64,000 nt of DNA from Vitreimonas sp. (lineage in GTDB: Bacteria > Patescibacteriota > Microgenomatia > UBA1400 > PJMF01), in contig DASPLQ010000012.1 of assembly GCA_035627515.1 (NCBI GenBank), positions 906,331-970,330 of the forward strand, given 5' to 3'. Below the pieces are notes generated by a model. That model saw only the letters and a program-made list of their open reading frames with translations. It was not told where the DNA came from and ran no database searches. Position 1 is the first letter of the stretch. Every line of letters begins with the position of its first letter. Position numbers and translations under genes: made by a program. Positions 18,790 through 26,200 of the stretch are shown piece after piece.

Positions 18790-20382
18790 TTAAGTAGCGA
18801 CGTGTTGGCCGCGCATTTCACGGATGGTGGTGACGGTGACTGTTCCAGGATACGTAAGGTTATTTTTGATTTCGTCGCGAATCTTGAGTGCTAACACTTC
18901 CACGTCATCATCTTTTGATTTTTCAGGATCAAGGATGACACGCACTTCCCGACCTGCTTGAATAGCAAATGATTGCTTGACCTCTGGATAATGATTAGCA
19001 ATTTCTTCCAGTTTTTGTAACCGCTTCACGTATTCATCATAATTTTCGTACCGGGCACCAGGGCGAGCTCCAGAGATCGCGTCTGCGATATATACAATCA
19101 TTTGTTCAGCACCGGTAAATGGTGTGTCCTCATGATGCTGAGCAATACAATCGACTACTGCCTGAGGTAAGCCATATTTTTGAGCGATTTTGACGCCCAA
19201 CTCTACGTGACTACCTTCTACTTCCTCGGAGACTTTACCGATGTCATGGAGTAAACAGCCCAATTTGACCACGTTGACGTCAGCTTTGAGTTCGTGAGCA
19301 ATCTTAATACCAATCCGAGTTTCTTCTAAAGTGTGGGCAATTAAGTTCTGGCCATAAGAGAAGCGATACTTGAAGCGGCCTAACATTCGCATCAGTTCGA
19401 CGGGTAAGTTGTAAACACCCACATCGTGACACAGCTTTTTGCCGGCCTCGAACATGATTTTATCGAGCTCAGTGCGGACCTTATCGACAACTTCTTCAAT
19501 CCGTGTAGGTTGAATCCGGCCATCTTTAATTAAGCGCTCCAAAGCAATGCGGGCTACTTCACGACGGACAGGATCAAAACAGGATAATCGCACTTCGGTA
19601 GGCGAAGTATCGAGGTCAACATCGACGCCTGTATAGCGCTCGAAGGTATGAATGTTGCGACCTGATTTACCAATAATTTTACCTTTGGCTTCCTCGGATG
19701 GGAGTGTGACAGTGGAGATAGTGTACTCAGGGACGTACTCAGTGGCGCCATGTTTCATAGAATCTACTAAGATTTCTTTGACGCGCTCGTCAGCTTCGTC
19801 TTTAGCTTCTTCTTGGCGTTGGCGAATCAATTGAGCCATTTCTTTGCTGAGTTTCTTTTCCAAGTTATCCATCAGATAACTCTTGGCCTCATCGCGGGTC
19901 ATGCTCGAAACTTCTTCGAGGCGTTTGAGAACATTTTGGCGTTGGTTCTCGAGGTTAGCTTTGAGTTGCTCTAGTTCAGAACGGTGTCGCTCTAGTTCTT
20001 GTTCACGCTTATCCATTTGTTCTAAGCGGATATCAAGTTTATCGAGTTTACTGTTTAGTAAGCGTTGTTGCTCTTCTAGTTGGCGGGAGACGTTACGAGC
20101 GTCTTGTTCGGCCTTGGTTTTAACTGCTAAGGCTTCATCTTTAGCCTCCACAATAATTTCTCGGGCTTTAGCTTGAGCTTCGCGGACGATAGCTTGATTA
20201 TCGATCACCGCTGCTGGAGTGGGTGCTTTAGGTGCGGGCTGAGGAGCTGGCGCTGGTTTAGCCGTTTTGGCTTTAGGTTGAGGACCTTTGGAGGCAGTGG
20301 GAAACGGGGTTTTTGTGGCTGGCGCACCTTTGGGGGCACCGGCTGATTTAAAAATAGTTGATAAATTACCAAAAAATGACAT
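18790..20382 (-). CDS. rny: Ribonuclease Y
   Basis: Coiled coil, KH domain (KGKIIGKSGRNI), HD domain (LLHDIGK, ADAISGARPGAR), AIQAGREVRV; AAGGAG SD; downstream of recA. Confidence 0.95.
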   Translation of the reverse strand: MSFFGNLSTIFKSAGAPKGAPATKTPFPTASKGPQPKAKTAKPAPAPQPAPKAPTPAAVIDNQAIVREAQAKAREIIVEAKDEALAVKTKAEQDARNVSRQLEEQQRLLNSKLDKLDIRLEQMDKREQELERHRSELEQLKANLENQRQNVLKRLEEVSSMTRDEAKSYLMDNLEKKLSKEMAQLIRQRQEEAKDEADERVKEILVDSMKHGATEYVPEYTISTVTLPSEEAKGKIIGKSGRNIHTFERYTGVDVDLDTSPTEVRLSCFDPVRREVARIALERLIKDGRIQPTRIEEVVDKVRTELDKIMFEAGKKLCHDVGVYNLPVELMRMLGRFKYRFSYGQNLIAHTLEETRIGIKIAHELKADVNVVKLGCLLHDIGKVSEEVEGSHVELGVKIAQKYGLPQAVVDCIAQHHEDTPFTGAEQMIVYIADAISGARPGARYENYDEYVKRLQKLEEIANHYPEVKQSFAIQAGREVRVILDPEKSKDDDVEVLALKIRDEIKNNLTYPGTVTVTTIREMRGQHVAT

Positions 20383-20398
20383 ATCACTCCTTACGAAT

Positions 20399-20602
20399 CA
20401 ATCCTAAGTAAAGGTTGCGTAAAAAGTGAGAGAAGAACTCAGCGCTAAGGTTAGCGACTGATGACCACAGCCAACTTCACCGGGGGCAAGAATGCTGCGG
20501 TGAAAGAATGTAAGTAATATAAAATAAGGTTACTTATCATGATTGGGCGTGCTTTAAATTCTCTCAAATATCTACACTTATAATGTCTATACTTAGTGAT
20601 TG
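20399..20602 (-). ncRNA. Candidate ~200-nt structured RNA (6S-like, or cis-regulatory rny leader)
   Basis: Nested minus-strand stems: CAAUC-A-CUAAGUA/UACUUAG-GAUUG, GUGUAGA/UUUACGC and UGAGAGAA/UUCUCUCA, plus three internal hairpins. It starts just after a TTGACT-17-TATAAT promoter. Confidence 0.5.
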
Positions 20603-20608
20603 GGTTGA

Positions 20609-20637
20609 ATTATAAGCCACATTTGCCCATAAGTCAA
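20609..20637 (-). promoter_or_regulatory. Near-consensus sigma70 promoter for the structured RNA/rny
   Basis: Minus strand TTGACT (20637-20632), 17-nt spacer, TATAAT (20614-20609). Confidence 0.8.
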
Positions 20638-20638
20638 C

Positions 20639-20667
20639 AAAAAAACCACCTCAGGGAGGTGGTTTTT
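20639..20667 (-). terminator. Intrinsic terminator after recA
   Basis: AAAAACCACCTC-agg-GAGGTGGTTTTT inverted repeat with A/T tails on both sides. Confidence 0.85.
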
Positions 20668-20688
20668 AAATTGATCATTCAATCTTTT

Positions 20689-21732
20689 TTAGCGCGTCTC
20701 TTTAATTTTCTTCCAGATTTCTTGTTCAATTTCGTGCATGACTTTGGGATTTTCTGTTAGATAGGTCTTGGCGGCTTCACGACCTTGGGCAATGACTTCA
20801 CCCTTATATCTGAAGAAACTCCCACTCTTCTCGAGTAATCCTTGTTCAGAGCCAATATCAATTACATCACCCACCTTGGAAATACCGTTTTCATCCATAT
20901 CAAATTCTGAGACACGGAAAGGAGGTGAAAGTTTGTTTTTAACCACTTTGACGCGATGACGACTGCCGACAATTTTATCGCCTTCTTGGATGTTACCAAT
21001 TTTACGAATATCAATGCGGAGCGAAGCATAGAACTTAAGAGCGTTGCCACCGGTGGTGGTTTCAGGGTTACCAAACATGACGCCAATTTTCATCCGCAAC
21101 TGATTAGTAAAGATCACCAGGGTTTTGGTTTTATTGATAGCTGCAGTCAGTTTCCGCATGGCTTGTGACATCAACCGAGCCTGAACGCCCATTTGGGCAT
21201 CGCCCATGTCACCTTCAATTTCAGACTTAGGAACCAAAGCGGCCACGGAGTCGACCACTACAATATCTACTCCGCCAGACCGAATCAGTGTCTCAGTAAT
21301 TTCCAAAGCTTGTTCGCCATAGTCGGGTTGAGAAATGAGTAACTCATCCAAGTTAACACCAATTTTGCGAGCGCGCACGGGATCAAGGGCGTGTTCTACG
21401 TCTACAAAAGCGGCTACGCCACCCTGTTTTTGGACGTTAGCAATAGCGTGTAAACAGAGTGTAGTTTTACCCGAGGCTTCAGGTCCATAAATTTCTACAA
21501 TCCGGCCCTTGGGAAACCCACCGACGCCAATGGCCAGGTCAACAGCAAGAGATCCAGTCGAGACAGCTGGAATTTCAGTCGTGTTTTTTAAACTCTCACC
21601 CAACTTCATGATCGAACCCTTGCCAAACTGCTTCTCGATTTGCTGCATCGCAATGTTGACAGCCTGCAGACGCCCTGATGAGGAATCATCACTCGCTGGA
21701 GTAGGATTTGCTTGATTAGAGGCTTTAGCCAT
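20689..21732 (-). CDS. recA: Recombinase A
   Basis: [52 protein letters not shown]; AAGGAG SD. Confidence 0.98.
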   Translation of the reverse strand: MAKASNQANPTPASDDSSSGRLQAVNIAMQQIEKQFGKGSIMKLGESLKNTTEIPAVSTGSLAVDLAIGVGGFPKGRIVEIYGPEASGKTTLCLHAIANVQKQGGVAAFVDVEHALDPVRARKIGVNLDELLISQPDYGEQALEITETLIRSGGVDIVVVDSVAALVPKSEIEGDMGDAQMGVQARLMSQAMRKLTAAINKTKTLVIFTNQLRMKIGVMFGNPETTTGGNALKFYASLRIDIRKIGNIQEGDKIVGSRHRVKVVKNKLSPPFRVSEFDMDENGISKVGDVIDIGSEQGLLEKSGSFFRYKGEVIAQGREAAKTYLTENPKVMHEIEQEIWKKIKETR

Positions 21733-21755
21733 ATGGCTCCTTTCGGTACTTATTC

Positions 21756-21830
21756 GTATAGTCTGTGGTAGTCACTATACTTTATTCTGTTTATTCTGAT
21801 CAATAGAGTAAACTTTAATTCTTGCAAGAA
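21756..21830 (-). promoter_or_regulatory. recA promoter region with inverted and direct repeats
   Basis: TTGATC-18-TATAGT on the minus strand; GTATAGT-N11-ACTATAC (21756-21780); TTTATTCTG x2 (21781-21798); palindrome TTCTTGCAAGAA (21819-21830). Confidence 0.5.
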
Positions 21831-21916
21831 CCGTAGGAAGTTTGTAAGAAAATCACTGCAAAATTGATATGAAATACTTAATGGGGCCTGCTATAATGAT
21901 GCCTCTTCTTTAACAG

Positions 21917-21990
21917 CGGGGAGTAGTTCAGATGGCTAGAATGTACGCATGGGGTGCGTAAGGTCGCAGGTTCGAGTCCTGTCTCCCCGA
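21917..21990 (+). tRNA. tRNA-Pro(GGG)
   Basis: CGGGGAG/CTCCCCG acceptor stem, TACGC-ATGGGGT-GCGTA anticodon arm, GCAGG-TTCGAGT-CCTGT T arm. CCA not encoded. TGCTATAAT upstream. Confidence 0.95.
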
Positions 21991-22032
21991 CAGTGATCGG
22001 TTTATTGCATGTCCTAAAGAAATGAGTTAAAC

Positions 22033-22788
22033 ATGCTAGAAACAGACAAATTTTTCTTTGTATCTTTTGAAGAAGAAGCAATCAACCACATTAGAAAAAA
22101 TGGCCAACCTGAACTTCATACTAATATATATTCAGCCGAGGTCAGATTACAAGATCACGCTGAGAAACTTTATCAATTGATCTCAGCTGAGACCGTTACT
22201 GAGCGAGAAATTATCAATCAAGTTTTATCGATTATTGCTAGTTTAGATTTACCCCCTTTGGATCAAAAAGGACATGCTTGGTTAGCCTCGAGCGTAAATC
22301 AATACTTAGAACAACGATTAACATATCCCCAGGCTTATGCAATTGTGTATTTGAGTTTTGATGAACAAGGTAAAGCTGAAGATGCGCTGAGTTTTGGCAA
22401 GATTAATGGCCAAACCAATACTATTTTCTTAAACCCCTCTAGACCTGAATTAAAAAAATATCAAGCTATTTTTGAGACTGTGGGAGCTAGCCACGAATTT
22501 GAGTCAGTACAGCCTTTAACTGAAAGTGAGCAAGAGTTATTTGAGTTTTTTGAACAGAGAATTGAGTTAGCTACGGAAAGTGTTAAATTTTATTACGTGG
22601 GCCAAGAAATACGAAATGTAATTCCCACATTGCAACTTTGGAGTAGTTCTCAGCTTTTGGAAAGTTTAAATAGGCTTAGAAAACCATTAAATGAAAAGTA
22701 CCCCTCATTAGAAATAGTGGCCCAAACTCTGCCTCCATATGATGGCAATGATGTATATATCACTATTAAAGGCACCAAATCTTTGTGA
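22033..22788 (+). CDS. Hypothetical protein downstream of tRNA-Pro
   Basis: 251-aa acidic, AT-rich ORF; no motif recognised. Confidence 0.6.
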   Translation: MLETDKFFFVSFEEEAINHIRKNGQPELHTNIYSAEVRLQDHAEKLYQLISAETVTEREIINQVLSIIASLDLPPLDQKGHAWLASSVNQYLEQRLTYPQAYAIVYLSFDEQGKAEDALSFGKINGQTNTIFLNPSRPELKKYQAIFETVGASHEFESVQPLTESEQELFEFFEQRIELATESVKFYYVGQEIRNVIPTLQLWSSSQLLESLNRLRKPLNEKYPSLEIVAQTLPPYDGNDVYITIKGTKSL

Positions 22789-22865
22789 ATACACTATTAC
22801 CGCGTTAGGAATTAGTGAGTTGTGTGATATTAATCAGAACTCAAGTACTTGCCCCTCACTCCTAA

Positions 22866-22894
22866 TTGCCATTTCCTGCCTCTGGCGGTATAAC
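22866..22894 (+). promoter_or_regulatory. sigma70-type promoter
   Basis: TTGCCA-17 nt-TATAAC, 23 nt upstream of ATG 22918. Confidence 0.6.
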
Positions 22895-22917
22895 TAGATT
22901 TACTCTGCTCAGCAATC

Positions 22918-24699
22918 ATGAAAAAAACTTCTTCGACTTTCGTGTGGCCTCAATGGTTGGGACATGTCGCTGCCTTGGTAGTAATGACGTTGTTTTCACT
23001 GTGGGGTGCTAAGGCATTATTTCACCCTGGCTTATATACTGCTCACGACATTTGGCATCAAGTAGCACGGTTGTATCATTACAGCCAAGCTTTACAAGAT
23101 GGCCAATTTTTACCGATGTGGGTAGGAACGTTAGCGTTTGGATATGGCTATCCGTTATTTATTTTTTCGTATCATTTGCCGTGGTTAATTGCCATTCCCT
23201 TTTTAGGTGCAGGAATGTCAGTTTTTGCGACGCTCAAAACGTTATTTGGTTTAAGTTTAATAGTATCCGCGGTGACCATGTATGTCTGTGTGTATTATCT
23301 GACTAAAAGCAAGTTAGGGTCGCTAGTGGCAGCGGTGATTTATGCGTGGGCTCCTTATCACTTTTTAAGTATTTATGTCAGCGCTTCGATTGGCAATGCC
23401 TGGTCATTTGTGTTTGTGCCACTACTAGCTTGGGGATTGGCTTTGGTTTTGGATAAAAAAAGAACCGGGGGTATTGTTCTCATTGCGTTGAGTGTGGCAG
23501 CCTTGATTTTGACGCACCTGATGACATTAGTGTTAGTCTTGCCACCAATGATACTCTGGTTTGGTATCCAATGGTTAATTCGGTGGTGGCCGCAGCGCGA
23601 AGTGCATGAATTAAAACTGAGCTTTCTCACATTAGCCGCAGGCATCGGGTTAGCTTTCGTTATCACTGCATTTTATCTCGTACCTTTGATCACTTATTTG
23701 CCAATCATCAATGCTGGACAACAAGGCAGTGGTTTCAAAGGTCTCTACGAACGCAACTTAGTTACCCTTAAACAACTTATTTATTCACCTTGGGGCTTTG
23801 GGCCAATTGTCGATAATGCCAAAGATGGCGAGATCTCTTTTCAAGTGGGTATAGCTCAGTGGCTTGCCATGGGTATGGCAGGTTTAGCTTGGTTGGCTGT
23901 GTTGATCAAGTCACGCAAAAATGATGCCGCATTGCTGGCATTAGGAACAGCTTATGCTTTCACTATTTTATTAATGATTGATATCTCTAAACCACTGTGG
24001 CTGGTAGTCGATTCGGCAATTTCTATTGATTACCCTTTTCGGTTGTTACTGGTAGCGGTCTTTTTTGGTTCATTAGCAGCCGGGTATGTAATTGCTCAAC
24101 TGCCATGGAAATTTATTAAAGTCATTGTGTCGGTACTATTAATAGGTGTGGCCGTTTATACCAATCGCAATCACATCCGCGTCAATCAATACACTGATGT
24201 GCCTTTGCAGTTGTATATTGATTCTGAGCTTACCACTAACACCTTCCATGAGTATTTGCCTAAGGGACAAGGTATGGTTGATCCGTGGGTGGGTAATCCG
24301 TTAGCCAGAAGTCCGCTCCTGTCGTCTGAGCAGCTGCAAGCCAGAGGTTTAACTACACAGGTGGGAGAAAGATATCCCAGCACAAAACTTTCACAAACGA
24401 CGACACAGCTTGAGTTTGTAGTACAGTTGGAAAAGGATAGTGACGTAGCACTGCATCATTATGTTTTTCCAGGGATAAAGGTATTGGTGAATGGTCAGCC
24501 CGTTGAGTTTGAGCTGGATGCGAACACTGTGATTTTCAAGCGCTTGCCGGCTGGTGAGCATACCATCACCATCAGATATGAGCGGCCGTCGTGGGTATAT
24601 CTAGGATATCTAGTATCATTACTGGGATTAGGAAGTACTGGTTATTTAGGGTACCGAGCGCTTTCCACACCGCGCTCAACTCACCAAAGGAAGTCATGA
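22918..24699 (+). CDS. GT-C-type membrane protein (6-pyruvoyl-tetrahydropterin-synthase-related/YfhO-like family)
   Basis: HDIWHQVARL...DGQF.P.W....GYGYPLF.F; AFYLVP; YPFRLL; YVFPG..V.VNG; C-terminal TM. Confidence 0.8.
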   Translation: MKKTSSTFVWPQWLGHVAALVVMTLFSLWGAKALFHPGLYTAHDIWHQVARLYHYSQALQDGQFLPMWVGTLAFGYGYPLFIFSYHLPWLIAIPFLGAGMSVFATLKTLFGLSLIVSAVTMYVCVYYLTKSKLGSLVAAVIYAWAPYHFLSIYVSASIGNAWSFVFVPLLAWGLALVLDKKRTGGIVLIALSVAALILTHLMTLVLVLPPMILWFGIQWLIRWWPQREVHELKLSFLTLAAGIGLAFVITAFYLVPLITYLPIINAGQQGSGFKGLYERNLVTLKQLIYSPWGFGPIVDNAKDGEISFQVGIAQWLAMGMAGLAWLAVLIKSRKNDAALLALGTAYAFTILLMIDISKPLWLVVDSAISIDYPFRLLLVAVFFGSLAAGYVIAQLPWKFIKVIVSVLLIGVAVYTNRNHIRVNQYTDVPLQLYIDSELTTNTFHEYLPKGQGMVDPWVGNPLARSPLLSSEQLQARGLTTQVGERYPSTKLSQTTTQLEFVVQLEKDSDVALHHYVFPGIKVLVNGQPVEFELDANTVIFKRLPAGEHTITIRYERPSWVYLGYLVSLLGLGSTGYLGYRALSTPRSTHQRKS

Positions 24700-25427
24700 A
24701 AAAAGCTACTCATAAAAAAGTTATCGCGGTGATGCCAGCCTACAATGCCGCCAAAACCTTGGAAAAAACCATTAAAGATATTCCCCAAGGTGTCGTTGAT
24801 GAAATTATCTTAGTCGATGATGGCAGCCGGGATGAAACGGTCAAAGTCGCCAAAAAACTAGGACTAACAGTGGTTACCCACCCCATGAACCGTGGTTACG
24901 GTGGTAATCAAAAAACCTGTTACACCGTGGCACTTTCTAATGGCGCTGATGTAGTAGTGATGATTCATCCTGACTATCAATACGATAGTAGTTTGGCAGA
25001 TGAAATGGTGCAGCCTATTCTGGAAGGCCGCGTGGATGTGATGTTTGGTTCTCGGATTCGTAGCCGCCAAGAATCGTTAGCAGGGGGAATGCCCAAGTAC
25101 AAATATTTTGGGAATCGGTTTTTAACCCTAATTGAAAACATTTGTTTAGGACAAAACTTATCAGAGTATCACACAGGATACCGAGCATTTAGTAAAGAAA
25201 TTTTACAAAAAACTCCTTTTCATCGGTACTCAGATGATTTTGTGTTTGATCAACAAATTGTATTGGGTGCGCTCAGCAAAGGGGCTCGAATTGGTGAGAT
25301 TGCTGTCCCAGTGCGTTATTTTGAAGAAGCCTCATCGATCAATTTTGTGCGCTCTTGTATTTATGGTTTATCGATTTTACGAGACGTCACACTCCACGTT
25401 GTGACCGGTGGCAAATACTTTGCTTAG
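24696..25427 (+). CDS. GT2 glycosyltransferase, polyprenol-phosphate glycosyltransferase (Dpm1-like)
   Basis: VMPAYNAA, LVDDGSRD, NRGYGGNQKT, HPDYQYD, LSEYHTGYRAF. Start at MKKAT overlaps the upstream stop (ATGA). Confidence 0.9.
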   Translation: MKKATHKKVIAVMPAYNAAKTLEKTIKDIPQGVVDEIILVDDGSRDETVKVAKKLGLTVVTHPMNRGYGGNQKTCYTVALSNGADVVVMIHPDYQYDSSLADEMVQPILEGRVDVMFGSRIRSRQESLAGGMPKYKYFGNRFLTLIENICLGQNLSEYHTGYRAFSKEILQKTPFHRYSDDFVFDQQIVLGALSKGARIGEIAVPVRYFEEASSINFVRSCIYGLSILRDVTLHVVTGGKYFA

Positions 25428-25447
25428 AGCCTAAGCAGAAAGGCAGC

Positions 25448-25738
25448 ATGTCGGAAACAGTTAATACCAATCAACCCCGTTGCCAAAGTTGTGGCATGCC
25501 GCTGGGAGAAGGTTTTTGGGGAAGTGAGGCCTCAGGAGCCCTCTCAAGCTCATACTGTCGATTTTGCTATCAGGAAGGGCAGTTTACGCAACCTGATTTG
25601 ACGTTGGAAGGGGCTATCCAGCGAACCGTCACTCACATGACCACTGAGTTACATTTTGAACCAGAAAAAGCTGAACAAATTGCTCGTGGTTTCCTACCAA
25701 CGTTGGAAAGATGGAAACATCAGGAAAATTCTCAATAA
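25448..25738 (+). CDS. Putative zinc-ribbon protein
   Basis: CQSCGMP...YCRFCY..G.F...LPTLERWK. Confidence 0.85.
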   Translation: MSETVNTNQPRCQSCGMPLGEGFWGSEASGALSSSYCRFCYQEGQFTQPDLTLEGAIQRTVTHMTTELHFEPEKAEQIARGFLPTLERWKHQENSQ

Positions 25739-25818
25739 ATTCTTACGTAGTTGTGATGATTTAACTCCGGTTACTGACTATACTAGTTATAGTAGTAAAT
25801 ATTTTGGACTTTATACCT

Positions 25819-26130
25819 ATGATCGAAATTTTATTAGTCTTGCTGATTATTTTATGGTTGACAGGTAACCTAAGTATTCCTGGTTTAGTGATTCCAGATT
25901 TTGGGTTGATGGTGATTAATGGTCGTATGATTTCGCTGTGGGACCTCTTAACCTTCATTTTAATTTTGTGGATTCTGGGGTTACTACCAAGTCCTTTTCG
26001 TGAAATTGCTGGCATTTTACTGATATTGTGGGTACTTTCAATTCTAGGAATTTTAGCTTTTGCGGGCTTATCTAACTTGTTAGTCATTGCCATCATTGTG
26101 GGCATTGTGGCTTCATTATTTAGACGGTAA
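25819..26130 (+). CDS. Small hydrophobic membrane protein
   Basis: About four hydrophobic segments and a basic end (FRR). ATG at 25819. Confidence 0.7.
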   Translation: MIEILLVLLIILWLTGNLSIPGLVIPDFGLMVINGRMISLWDLLTFILILWILGLLPSPFREIAGILLILWVLSILGILAFAGLSNLLVIAIIVGIVASLFRR

Positions 26131-26200
26131 AGCTGAGCTAATTACATCACAACTGGGATTCGGCTAGACAAAGCCAAGTGAGACTGTTACAAGTGTAGCT

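Noticed and set aside
21878-22081. 67-aa minus-strand ORF
   Set aside because: It is antisense to tRNA-Pro; VGETGLEPAT is the typical translation of a tRNA reverse complement.
21917-22800. Integrative element at tRNA-Pro
   Set aside because: Only one ORFan follows; no integrase or duplicated tRNA 3' end was seen.
25761-26105. 114-aa minus-strand ORF
   Set aside because: It is the antisense shadow of the hydrophobic plus-strand gene 25819-26130.
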